A model generated the notes under the pieces. It worked only from the letters and a program-made list of their open reading frames with translations, did not search any database and was not told the DNA's origin. Shown one piece after another: positions 1 through 12,560 of a DNA stretch of 64,000 bases. The translations under genes and the position numbers were made by a program. The stretch covers positions 1,840,777 through 1,904,776 of the forward strand of contig NW_003314265.1 in the NCBI RefSeq assembly GCF_000143415.4, read 5' to 3'. The stretch is from Selaginella moellendorffii. Its lineage: Eukaryota > Plantae > Lycopodiophyta. Position 1 is the stretch's first letter, and the number at the start of each line of letters is the position of its first letter.

Positions 1-3000
1 TATCCCCAACTGAGATATCAAAACATGAAATGCCTTAGCCATAAATGTGGGACCATTATTTGAAAGAATCCGCTCCAAACAGAAATGCTAGAACAACATT
101 TAATTAAGGAGGAAGTATTTAACAACAATTGCAAACGCACTAGCAAGTAGTCAAAAGCAATAATAACATACTTATTGCCAATAGTCAATTGTGGAAAAGA
201 CCCTATTACATTAAATGCCACCAACTCAAATGGATGCAGAATTACAATTGATTCCAACCATCGTTTTCTAACACAAAGAAGAGTATTATAAGCTTGGCAC
301 CAAATGCAGTTATACACATACTAGATATATCACATCACATCTCCGGCTAATAGAAATACTTGCATAGCTTCTTAGTGACACGATAATGTTTCATATACCT
401 ATCTAAAATAAGAGAATCATAGTAGGTGTGAAGAAAGTGTAAAATAAAGATTAACCACCAGCCATAAATGATATTAAGATCCATCCCCACAAAATAAAGA
501 AGACCATCCTCAAGGCAATATTGAGAATATAAATGCCGAAATAGCAAGTTATCAGTAAGTGATGCAGGATTCTCAAACCCATCACAAAACCTTCGAATCC
601 ACAATTCAATATTTTGAGTCTTATGGACCTTATCAAGAGAAGATAAATCTTCCTCTGCACCTTATAGATACTAAACATCAAATACAGCACCTATTGATTG
701 CATGAAATCCTCATCTAAAAAATCCACAAATGTTAGAATAACAAGCTTGTCAGAAACATGAGAAGAGAGTGAAGAATGAACAGGAGCTCAAGAAAAGGCA
801 TTAGCATCAGTCATAAAACTCCCCAAGTGATGAATAACATCAAAATTATATATCTGAAACTTCAAAGACTACCGAGTATTACGACCAACTAAATTCTTCC
901 ACTTCAATAATGAAGTAATTGTAGCATAATCACCTTTTAGTAATGTTTGAGAACCATATAAATATCCATGAAGTTTCTTGAAACTCTAAATTGCTACTAT
1001 ACACTCCTTCTTTATTTTGGAGTTCATTTTTACTGGTTGTAATGTATCGCTAATATATGCATTGGGATGGCATTGACCAAACACACTCAAGCTCTCTTGT
1101 ATCAACACACATCCAAAACCAATATTAGAAGCATCTATACGTAAAATGAAAGGTCAAATGTAGTCAAGATACACCAAAATTCGAAGAGTCATTAATAGCT
1201 ATTTGAGATCCATAAATGCCTGCTCACAGTCCACAGACTAGATGAAAGATAACGTTGATGATTTCAGCAACATTTGCAATGATGCAATGCAATTAGAAAA
1301 ATGATTAACAAAATGACCAAGATATTGCACCTTGCGCAGGAAGCATTGCACATCATTGACATACTTCAGAAAAGGGAACTTTAAAATAGCCATAAGTTTA
1401 TTATGATCAATTTGCAAGCCCTCACAAGAAATATGGTATCGAAGATAAGTCGTGTCCTTATACCCAAACATGCACTTCGACCACTTCAACTTTAAACCAA
1501 CTTCCCATAGCTAATCCAACACTTTACAAATATCATGGATGTGTTCCTCTCATGTCCCTTCTGCATGGATCAAAACATCATTGATGAAGTCAACAGTCAC
1601 TTCCAACATGTCACAAAGAACCTCATCCATCATTCACTGAAAAGTTGCTAGAGTATTATTCAAACCAAATGGCATCACCAAGAACTTGTACAAACCAAAT
1701 AGTATACGAAAAGCAATATTAAAAATATTTTCCTCGGCCATCGACACTTGCCAGTACCTAGAAGCAAGATTTAACTTGGTGAATCAACAACTTCTCCCCA
1801 AACAATCCAAGAGATTAATAGTGTGAGGAAAAGGGTACATATCCAAGATTGTCACTTCATTTAATGAATAATATTTGATGCAAAAACAAATACTCCCATC
1901 AGGCTTCATCACAAGATGAGGTTCACATGTCCAAGGACTTTACGCCTTTCAAATAACACCCTTTTCCAATATCTTCTTTATGTTTGCATATAAAATCTTA
2001 ATTTCTTTTGGTGATCAATGACAAATAAGAACCTTGATTAAACACGCATCCCCAATTGGAATAGGATGACTTATTGCAATCTTGGGCTTAGGTGATAAAT
2101 CAAATTCAAAGAGATCAGCATACTCCTTCATGAGCATGTAAACCATTACAATATAAAGACCATCGAAGGGATTGGAAAAGGAAATAGAGGAATAAAATGG
2201 AAACATATGAAAAAGTAATGGGGAAATAAAAGTGATGAAAGTAAAGATAAAAGCAAAGAAACAGAGAGGAACAAAAATGAGAGGAATAGAAAAAATATAA
2301 AGAAGTATGAGACAAGGGGGAGAAACTTTAAAGTCACACTTGGTATAATTGTGCCACAATTAATCCATATCAAGGATGAGGTGAAAATCTTGACTCTGCA
2401 CCACTCATAATGACTATAGTTCAAGTTCGAGATCACCCACATGCATAACTAGATCTACCTCATCCCATGCACATGCATATGTACAGCCATTGTCATATAC
2501 AATAAAAATTGGCTCTGCCACACGACACAAATGTAGATAGCAACATGTGGCAATAAGCTAAGCAATAGAAGATAAACTTGAGCTTGAATCAATCAACATG
2601 GAGAGAATAATAGGAGACTTTTTGTTATAAAAACAAGCTTGGAAAGTAAATACTTAATAAATTAGTGCTGAATAAACCCCTTGATAATACTCCCAAAAGA
2701 AATATAGAAGGGTTATTGACTTATTTGTGTAATTGTAGCACACCTTATCTCTCTCCCCTTAAGCCAACTAGAAAAGGGGCAATTGCTTGATGAGAGAGCC
2801 CTTAGTGGCTATTTTATCCCCATTTATCTCCCAAGGTTTCAAGGATCCACAGTGATAATATATCTAAATCTCATCCCATGATCACATGCTCTACAGTAAG
2901 GACCCTCTACTACTCACACATCTCCTCAATTCCCAAAAGCATCTCAGTGTCTAAATCGTCCACTACACCAATAGGACATGGTTAACACTAAGGTCCCCAC

Positions 3001-3981
3001 CCAAGAAATGGAGGTCACTAATCTGGAAAACTCCAACAATGCCAATAAGTGTGGCCAACTTCATCACACGCCCAACAATGGATATCATAGCTATGAACAT
3101 GTCCTTGCTCTTGTCCTTGAACTCAAGTAGTAATAGTATCAACCTCTATTGGAACAAGATTATCTCCCATAAGAAGTGGAGTTGAAGGACCTGTAACAAA
3201 AAGTGGAAGAGGCAATATCTCATAATATTATGCCAAGCAAAGAGCCTCGTCAAAGATGGATAGAAAAAGTGCATGCACAAGTCCTACAAAATTTTGACAA
3301 AATTCTAGCCACAACATTCCTAACTTGATCCGCCCTGACATATTAGACTCCGCACGAAGCAAAAAAGTTTGGAAATAAACACTAAATTGCATCACAAACT
3401 TAGATGGCCCTTGACAAAGACAATGCAATTGTTGGAAGGCATCATTATAATCATTAGCATGTTCAAATGCATGTTTAAAGATGTCCAAGAAAATGCTCCA
3501 ATCCTTATGAGTGGCTGCGCTCAAGCCATTATACCATTGTAGTGCCATCCCTTAGAGACACGTGGGAAATTTACATAAACACTAAGCATCATCTTAAGAA
3601 TGATATGTGGCAATCACTGTGAAGTGATCAAACCAATGATACACATCATCCCCAAGATTCCCATGGAAAAACTTTAGTTGGACTCGAGGATTAGCAACAA
3701 GTGTAAGAGGAGCTATATTATATGTTGTGAATGCCACCATCAATTGAGTTTGATTGTTCAATTGCAACTACATAATGTCAAGCAATTGCACCAATTGCTA
3801 CTCTAGAGTCAAAGGAAGAGGAGGCTAATGCTCTGCCATGAAAATGAACGGAAAGGAAAAAAAACAAAAGAGAAGAAATTGAAAAAAAAAAAAATTATAA
3901 AGAAAGGGAGATCTAGACAATACAAATGCTAGATTTAAAGCAGAATCTCAAATCCAAGCACTCCTCAAGGACAATCAAAAT

Positions 3982-3999
3982 TACCCCTCATCTCTACTA
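3982..3999 (-). other. Primer-binding site, probably tRNA-Ala
   Basis: Plus strand tacccctcatctctacta directly adjoins the LTR and resembles the plant tRNA-Ala 3' end TACCCCGCATCTCCACCA (recalled sequence), with 3 differences, two of them C>T. Confidence 0.65.
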
Positions 4000-4000
4000 A

Positions 4001-4164
4001 TGTGAATGTATAGAATATAAAAAAGGAATACAAAAATGTGCATATCAATTAGCCCAAAAACTCTAGTTTATATAGGAGTGAATTATAACCAATCTGATGG
4101 CTACAAAAATCCCACTATGCTAATATTAGTATATGGCATAGTAGCCGTACACTTGGACCTCACA
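4001..4164 (-). repeat. 5' LTR (~164 bp, TG...CA) of gypsy copy 1
   Basis: tgtgaatgta...ggacctcaca is homologous to 31031-31197 and 26416-26579. Confidence 0.85.
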
Positions 4165-4185
4165 CAACATGTCAAAATCAAAGCA

Positions 4186-4240
<55 letters not shown>

Positions 4241-4847
4241 AAATTCTTATTATGCATTAAAAAAAACTAGTAAGATTTCTATATTCTTGATCTTACATTA
4301 GATGAGTGATTGATTTCTTATAAAGGTGCCATGTATGGCACACATTAAGGAATAATGTTATGGGGGAACAGAAATTAAGTATGAGAAGAGAGGATATATT
4401 TATTGTGAGCAAGTACTATATGATTTTTTAGTATATTTAAAATAAAATCAAGAGTTGTGAACTGGCAAAGGGAGAATCATCTAATCTAACACCATAGTAA
4501 GCCATGTTTGGCTTACTATGGTGCACATATAATATTGCCTAATGTGTGCCATACATGGCACCTTTATAAGAAATCAATCACTCATTTAATGTAAGATTAA
4601 GAATATAGAAATATCCCCCAACAATATTGCCTAATGTGTGCCATACATTTTATGTTAAATATACTAAAATAGTATATGCAGTACTTACTTGCTCACAATA
4701 AACATATCCTCTCTTCTCATACTTGATTTCTGTTCCCCCATACTAGATTTCTATATTGCCCTAGCCATATAGAAATCTTACTAGTTTCTTAATGCTTAAT
4801 AAGAGTTTCAAAAATATGTATTAAATGCTTTGATTTTGACATGTTGT
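4164..4847. repeat. Complex foldback (inverted-repeat) sequence
   Basis: acaacatgtcaaaatcaaagcatttaata (4164) is the reverse complement of tattaaatgctttgattttgacatgttgt (ending 4847). Further internal inverted pairs and a perfect 15-bp hairpin at 4490-4523. Confidence 0.85.
4189..4237. repeat. (TA)n microsatellite
   Basis: Direct observation; lies inside the left foldback arm. Confidence 0.97.
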
Positions 4848-6789
4848 AATTTATTTGATTTAGATTTAGATTTTTACTATTTCTTTTAAATGATTCTTAG
4901 CAATTTATTTTGAAATTCAATAGTTTATATTTAATGAAGCCCACTTGTGGCTAGGGCTAGGGCTAGGGCTATAGGGAACTCTTGATTGTGTTCCCTAGTT
5001 CCCCTATAGGTGTTAGCTGTCTTTTCATAGATAAATCTAGGAGAAAAAAAGTATCTGATTTATTCTAATAGCCAACTTTATACTATCACAAGAATTAAAA
5101 ATATAGAATTATTGTAATTCAAGCTAAATAAAGAGCTATAATTCAAAAGAGCGTCTAAAATGCCTTAAGAAAAGACACCTTGTAAACAATAAAGTAGAAC
5201 ATACTTATTTGTTATGAGGTGTTTGTAAATAACATTTAATATTTGCTAAGTTTTTACTAAGAATACAAGGATTTTTATATATAAGTTTATTAGTCAATAA
5301 TGATCCAGTATACTTATAATTTTTTATTTCAAGATAAGGTAGGATAATAAATGATAGTAAATAAAGAAGATTCTATCTTGAAAAAGCAATTCATTATTAA
5401 ATAACAATATTATCTAGGATAGTAATATTTATGAATATTAATATCTAAAAGCTTAATCCATTTTAAAATATAAATAGTGAAATATTTTTCTTATCTACAT
5501 ATTTTGACAAAGTTATATTTACATTAAATTTAAAGTAATTGAAAAAATAAAGAAGATATTAATATTTTAAAAAATAATATTACAGCTAAAATAATAATGA
5601 AAATTTGGGAAATGATGTTTTTTAAAATTCACTCAAAGCCATGAACGCAAGAACAAGGTAGTGACAAGTTAGTGCTGTAGTACGCAACCACTAGCGAGAT
5701 TCACAATACTCTAGCATGCAAGAATTCACAATTGAGATGGTCCTATGTGTTGGAATGTAGTGTCCAAAGAGGGTAACTACGGAAACAAAGAGATATGGCA
5801 AAGAAAACATGAAAAAAAAAAGCTGAAAATGGAAGTCAAAATGAATGAAGACAAAAGTAAAATATGGGATAAGAGTTTAAAGTTCAAAGACACAAGGAAA
5901 ACCTAGTAGGATACTATATAATTTAATTAGAGATTAAAAAAAGTGGGAAAAAGAGAATGAGAAAAGAGTAAGAAAACTAAATGGAACAAACTTGAATTTA
6001 GCTCCCATGCATTGGAAAGTGAATATGCTAATGTAACCTCAAGCTTATATAGTTTGCACTCAAAACTTTGGCCAAGAATGGGAAAAAAAATACACAAGGA
6101 ATGCATCAGTAGTGGTAACTGTGAGAAATGAGATGAATTATGATGTGAAAGTGTGATAAAAGAGGGGATGGATAATATAAGTGAGTGTGTTTATGGATGA
6201 GCTTTGAATCTGATGTCATGAGACTTAAAATTGCATATATCAAAACTGCTAGACCACCACTCAAAAGGTAGCAAAAGTGCTATACCTAATATTTGAGCTG
6301 AGAGAAAAGGTTGTTAGCTCTATTGTTTGCACCTCTAAAAGCATTGAGGCCCTTGGGGTCTTCTAGTGGAAAAAGAAATAAGCCTGAAAGGGAAGAAAGT
6401 TGTAGTATGGGACTAATCTATCAAATATGTTATACCTTGTGAGTGAGAATATTTTGTTTTTTATTTTTACGTGTTTAGAAGAGCTTCTATGATGAAGTGA
6501 TGTTTAAAAATGCTTATTTAAAGTTGTATATAGTGGGAAATGAAAATGAGATGATCAGGTATGTATAGTGAGAGTTGGGCAACAGTGATATGAGTGTGTA
6601 GACTATGGTTGATGTAAGTGATAGTGAGGGATATAAGGACAAAAGTGATGTAGAAGAAGCTAAAGATTCTAAGGACAAATTACTAGGAGTTCAGGAGATT
6701 TCATCTGATTAGTAATACAATCAAAGCATGTTCACCATAGAAAAAAACTTGTTCCACTTGGTTTCCTTGCTTGAAGAAGGATGGAAGAA

Positions 6790-7330
6790 AAGTGAGTAAA
6801 TACATGAATAGGTGTACATATGGTGGGAAGCCTTCAGTTGTTTGGAGATCAAGTACACCCAATTGGTCAACTAGTGTACCTTAGGCAATCTCTTCAGATC
6901 CCATGCAGTCAACTTATTCAAATCTCCACCATATTCAAGTCTCCTAATATCACCCAACCATCATGTGCCACCATTGTTTTTATACCTTCATGTAGTAGAG
7001 ATTTAGGGTTACCATCTGTGTGTAGCTAAGAACTAAGACAACATGGTTTGTAACTTGAGCCAACCATCTTGTCAACACCATTTTTGTGCCACCTCTGGGC
7101 CTTGACACCACAATCCATGGCCAGGTACCACTAGGGTCTTCTTGGATACCCACATTGAAATTCAACATTGTTGCCATCTTGTGTTCCTGGAGCCATAGAA
7201 TGTTGATTGCTCTTTCCATCCCAATTTTCCACATGTGTGATTTAAGTTCTGTACACTTCAAGTAGCCACATACTGATGTATATCTAGAAAAAAGTATTGC
7301 TGGCTGGCTGCACTTGCCAGATGCTTTGCC
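6790..7330 (-). mobile_element. Remnant of LINE (L1-like) apurinic endonuclease domain
   Basis: Minus strand 'INILWLQEHKM' (APE D-I-x-x-LQE-T-K motif), 'RGGT', and after a frameshift 'GWVILGDLNMVE' (W-x-x-x-GDFN motif). CpG-depleted, with stops. Confidence 0.6.
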
Positions 7331-8329
7331 CACACCTCATAGCAAATGAGGAAAACCCCATCTACTCTATGATTGTTTTCTCAGAGTGATAGTTGCCTTG
7401 CATTATGACCTCTGGGAATATAGATGTTCCCTTAGACTAACCAGTCCATGGCCACTGCCACCAGTTCCCACTTTGGTGGAATCCTTTATATGACCTTCTG
7501 TAGTCCACTAACTTTGCCCTAAAATTAAACCCTAAACCCTAAATAATTGTTTATTAGGATCAGGGTTTATGTATAATTTTGAATAATTAAATTATTTAAT
7601 TAATTAGAAATAATTATATCGTTTCTTATTAGTAATAATTAATTTAATAACATTTTATTATGATTTTGAGAGTCTCAGACTAATTTTTGGGTGTCAATTT
7701 TACAAAAATAAGCTTGCTAATCAATATATTTAAGCTTTGCACTTTTCCTTCATTTTTTTGTTTTTTTTTGCATGTATGAAGCATATGTCCTTCATATGAT
7801 GCTTTTCTTGTGCTCTTTTGTGGTGTGCCCAGGGTGAAGAGCAAACTACAACACTTAGTAATTTACATTCAAAGTAGTGAGAATCTTTCTTCTTTTCTGA
7901 TCTTTTCGTTAAGTAACTTGATATGGACTTATATGATGTTCTAGGATCTAACAGAGTGGAATCTGGTTGTTTCTTTCACTAAATTTAAATTTAAAATAAG
8001 TCTATAAACCAAACAAAAAAACAAACTAATATCAAAAAACATGTAAACCACTAATTGATCTAGACTTTACCTATTTGTAACTTGATGGATTTTTCATAGG
8101 AGGCAGATTGGAGAAAAGAGACTAGAAATTCTAGAACTTCTTGAATCCATGGTGAAAAATGGCAATATTGGTATTGGTAAAAAAAATGTTTCAATGTATT
8201 TTTAAAAAATAGAATATTGTCTAAAACAAATAATATTCACATATTCTTGCGATTTTCTTATTTTTTGATTTAATGTCTACCTGAGTATTCCAAAAATTTA
8301 TACTTGCATTTTTTTCCTAAAAAACAATT

Positions 8330-10003
8330 GTTCAGATCTCTGAACAGCAAGAGGCTTTCCAACAAGAAGAATACTTCTTGCCCTGGAGAAACCCACTTGC
8401 ACCACTCCAAGCAGCTTGATCCAAAGTGTTTGTACACAATGATATCAGCAGCTCCTTTATCATTCTATACTCTTAAGAACCTATTATGCTAATACAAATA
8501 TTCATATTTATGTATTAAGCACTCTAAATATCTAAAATTCTAGCTAGAAAAAGAAAACAAGAAGAGATTAAATTCTCATCCCTAGCTCCCATATAACAAC
8601 TGACCTTTTTCACCTGGATACCAGCGGCTATATAGTCGTTCATGATCTTCAACCTTGCATCATCCGAAGTTCCCTCATGCACAGTGACACTGAACTCACT
8701 GAATTTTACCAGTGGGACAACAAACACAAGCTCCAAGCTGCCATCCTTGTACATGCTCCGGAGGAAGTCAAATGCTTTCTTCTATCTGAGCCTTTAGCCA
8801 TACGGGAAGAGCCTCTCATCTTTTCTCTTGTCAGATACTATCAGCTGGAGAACTCTTCTGCCATAGATGATATCCCAGGTCGTGTTATTGCAATCCTTTG
8901 GCTTGATGACAGTGCAATCAAGCTGTTCTGGAGTCATATCTTTTGGAAACTCCATCTCAATAAGCATCAGATCCATAGCCTTGATGAAAGACTTTGCCTG
9001 CTCCTCCAGCCCAAACAAGCCTTTCTTGTTAATCATCACATGGCACACACATAGCAGCCATGCAGAAGCACCTGGTGGAACTTCCTGTCAAAGAACTCAC
9101 CATTCTTGAAATCCACTGTAGCCATGTTGTAGTTCAAAACTCTGTCCAGAACGTTGATGTTAAGACACCCTGCCAGCTTGTCTATGATATAGAACGTGGC
9201 AAGCTTCTTGGTGGCAATGGCATAAGTCTGGTCATTCTTAACTGTTATGTGGTAGACAAGATCTGAAGCATAGACATCCTGACCAGCATTGAGCCTCTTG
9301 CTATCACACACAGCCTTAGCAATGCTGTGAATTGCGTCTCAAGCTCTTGCCGCTGATGTATGCTAGTCTTGGATAGCACATGCTTGGGATGTGTGAATTT
9401 CTTTGCGAGGCCAAGTCAGGACAAAAAGCCTGATCACATCATCTCCCTTGAAAAGGTGGTGGTGATTGTCTGGGTCTGGTAACGGTCTTGCAAGGCAGGC
9501 TCCAGTGGTCCTTTATCATCTTTCAGTCCACCAGGTACCCACCTTGCCTTCCTCTTACCCATTCCGTGGCAACGACCCGGTTGGCAGTGGATGTAATCTC
9601 GCTGTCCTTGTTAAAGGCGTAGTACCTGTTGGATTCTTTGAACTTGAGAAGGATGAGATCCCAGCAATGCTTGTGAAGGAGCTCCCACAACAGAACGAAG
9701 ACAAAACCGGACTTACCGATCCCGGGCGTGCCCAGCACAACCATGGAAGCTACCTCTGACATAGCAGCTCCTCAGCAGCTCCTCACGTAGCAGCTCCTCA
9801 CGTACACCAGCAGCTTGTGCTTTCTTGAGTATCGCCAGAGCCCCGTGAACACTCTTGGCAGCGGCAGAAACTTACCCCCGGGCTCGTTGAGCAGTGGCGT
9901 CTGTGAGAAGGCTTCCAGCTGCTTTTGCTGTTGTTCGCAGACCTTGCGAGCAAGGGGTATGCCTCGCCACTAGATTGCACGCCGCCAAGAGCCTCGCCGC
10001 CAT
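8330..10003 (-). pseudogene. Crinkler/RHS-type (CR) protein pseudogene: P-loop NTPase + restriction-endonuclease-like domain
   Basis: Motifs in CR order: 'LLVYVRSCY', Walker A 'VVLGTPGIGKS', 'YLVD', 'LVYHITV...LATFYI', 'GEFFDRKFHQVL', 'PKDCNNTTWD...LQLIVS', 'LVFVVPLVKFSEF'. Frameshifts and stops throughout. Confidence 0.75.
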
Positions 10004-10062
10004 CTTCCTCAAAGCCCTAAACTATATTAACTTTAGGGAATATTCATAAAATATATTTTTCT

Positions 10063-10943
10063 TTATTGCATATTCTCCGCTAGATTCATACTACTCTCAC
10101 CAGCTGCTGCTGCTGCATTTACATCACCAGGATGCTGACGCAGTCCGTGGACCTTGCGGCGTGCGGGCTCCAGCATCGCTCGCAGGCCATCAACTTTTGG
10201 CTGGAAAAACTCTCGCCCTTTCACGGGGATATCATCCATCTGTCGAATCGGTCAGCCAAACGTTAAAAATCCACCTACACACTTACGGATTTGATGCCCA
10301 GACAAGTTGTTATCATCTTAGCGCCTAAAACAGCCCCTCCGCAAACCAGAGCAGTGCCTATAAAGAAGGCCTTGACAACTGGAAGGACACGGGGAAAAAA
10401 ACTTGGACGAGCGCTCAAAACTAAAAGCGAAAAAGTTGTTCTTACTCATGAGATAGCCTTCCACGACGAGCTTTGCTTGAGCCGCGCTCATCTCCGGCGC
10501 CGCTCTCGTCTCGTTTGCTGTCGATGGCTGCCTGTTAAATCCTTCCAGCGGCCCGAATCCCCATCTAGGCACAAGAAAAGAATCTCAGCAAAAGAGGTTG
10601 AACAAAATCCAGCTTACGTTCTTGGAGTGGCTGTGAGATAGCCGTCGCCGGGGTCAATCCTTGGGCTGGCTATGGTTTTCTCCGACCTCAAGCCCGAGTC
10701 GACGCTCATCTCCTCCTTCCCCGGCCTTAGGGGGATGGAATGCTGAAGAATTTCGGGCAGCACGTCCGCCTTGGCTTGATTCTCGGCCTCGGACAGCAGC
10801 GCGACATCGGAATTGGATTCCTTGCTGCTGCCTACCTGTTCTTGCTGCTTCCTGCGGAGATTGGCGATGGCCTCGCGCGATCGGCTAGCGAAGTATCCCC
10901 CCTCCGCGGCAGCAACCCGGCGCCCTAGAAATCCTCCCACCAT
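10063..10943 (-). CDS. Conserved plant protein of unknown function with one hydrophobic segment (4 exons)
   Basis: ATG at 10943 (MVGGFLGRRVAAAEGGYF...DVLPEILQHSIP). Spliced exons 'LPRWGFGP...STANETR', 'YGTALVCGGAVLG', 'MDDIPVKGREFFQPK', with GT-AG boundaries. Confidence 0.7.
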
Positions 10944-11668
10944 TTTCAAGATCAGGGGTTCGAGTCCGCGCTGTGACAATAACACATTGGCGCCTTTTGT
11001 AAGATTTTCCTCAATTAGATACTGAGGTGGTAGCATGTCACATTGGGGCGGCGATTTTCTCTCAAGCGATATATTCCCTTCTAGCCAATAGTAAAAAATG
11101 TTTTCACCTGTCACTGTAACAAGGAGTTACTACTAGCCACAAACCACGATAGCCCCCGGGTCTCCCCAATCTCAATCACCTGCCATTGAGTGAGACCTGA
11201 TCCGCCGTAAAAAACGAACCAGATTCTCTCCGATTTAACCGCGCGCTCGTTAAAAGGGCGCGGGGTATGCCAGCTGGCCCTAATTAGGGCAACGTGGCGA
11301 GTTAGTTGCCGGCTCCCTGGCCGACATGCCAAAAAACCGCCGCTGTCCCCAATGATGATTCGCCATGGCCCACCATGTGGTCGCGCGCGCCACTGTACGG
11401 TACACCGACGTGGAAGAAAATGTGTGCTGGGAACCAACGGGGAGCTGCCACGCAGGACAAGAGCATATTCAGGCTAGAGATCCTTCACTCTACGCGACGG
11501 CTAATGTGACAGCTGGTGCCGCCGGGGCATTAACGGCGCGAAAAACCACGCGCCGCCGTCTGCCTCCAGCGGCCGGAATAATCTTATGCCCGCGGTAAAA
11601 AGGCCAGGCGTTTTGTTTAACCCCACCACAGTTAACCCTGAGGTTTAAGGGAAACCAGGCGGAAGAAG

Positions 11669-12416
11669 ATGAAGAACAAGCAAAGAGAGCGCGTGGAGGC
11701 GAAAGCAGCGGGATGATGGAGGAGCTCCATCCGCGGCGGCAGCGCAGCGCAGGTCTGTGATCCGGCCATGGCGATGCGTGGATTGGTGTTCTTGGTGAAT
11801 CTTTGCTGCTTCTTTGCTGCCTGGTAGCGATATTTCGCCCAATGCTGCACGAATTGGCCGCGCTGCATTCTTCTTGCCGCTCGGCAAGGCTCCGCGCTGC
11901 CGAAATCGCTCGCGCTATTCCCGTGTCGATCTGGTGGCTGCTTGCTCGCTCGCCTTGTCCGATTTGGTCGAGAGATCCCTTCTTTCTTGCATCTTTTGGC
12001 CGCGTCCTTGCTGCTTGCGGCCAATCGCATCACGGGCGTCGCGAGCGTCGCAAATTTCTGTGAAATCTGGGGGTCTTCGTCCTTCTGGTGTGTCGCGCAA
12101 GATCTGTCCGTGAATCTTGCCTTTGGCAAGAGCGTGAGCGTTTTGTCCTTTGCCTGGCCGGGCCGATTGAAAGGCCTTGTGCTACCGATCCACCGCTTTT
12201 CGCGTTGGTTGCTAGGTTCCTGTTGGCATAAGTGTTGTGTGGCTCTTCTTTGTCGTCCTCCCAATCAGATATATTTTTCTTTTTTTGTTTCCTCTCTAAT
12301 GCGATGATTCTTGTGATTCTTGCAGGATGAGACTTGAAGAACAAGAGGACGAGGACGAAGAGTTTGGTCGGGGCTCGAGAATGACGCTGTAGATGTGGAG
12401 GCGTTCTAGGGGGTGA
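11669..12416 (+). promoter_or_regulatory. Putative uORF-rich 5' leader of the ARF gene
   Basis: Short ATG ORFs at 11669-11716, 11713-11760, 11768-11827, 12327-12392 and 12393-12416. Acceptor ttcttgcag at 12325. Confidence 0.5.
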
Positions 12417-12560
12417 AGCTCTCGGTCCTGATCAAGAATAGATAGATAGATACAAGCAGTGCGTAGAACTCACGGTAACAAGGGATAGTCTAGAGGGGAC
12501 ATGGGATAGCTAGTCCTTCTTACAGGTTCGTTTAGCCGGATCATCCTTTTCTCCGCAGCG

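Larger units (their letters stand above)
1..4164 (-). mobile_element. Decayed Ty3/gypsy LTR retrotransposon (copy 1), runs off left edge
   Basis: Minus-strand fragments in gag-PR-RT-RH-INT order: gag 'ALQWYNGL...DWSIFLDIFKHAF' (3228-3548), RT 'KWSKCMFGYKDTTYL' (1238-1489), integrase 'CIWCQ...HPFELVAFNVIGSFP' (18-317). Many stops. Colinear with 26416-31197. Confidence 0.93.

Noticed and set aside
2150-2345. Hydrophobic Phe/Ile/Leu-rich ORF between protease and RT (also 29380-29545), resembling an env/TM domain
   Set aside because: Better explained as a Pro/Ser-rich linker converted by C>T mutation. The position is wrong for env and no clear splice sites for an intron were seen.
5000-6750. AT-rich, CpG-poor segment, possibly a decayed TE
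   Set aside because: No motif, terminus or ORF that I could support
11463-11470. P1BS-like GCATATTC
   Set aside because: Degenerate motif expected many times by chance; none found in the PHO1 promoters
11632-12344. Long ORFs (up to 210 aa) upstream of ARF
   Set aside because: No domain signal; non-ATG or alternative starts; sequence reads as leader or intron
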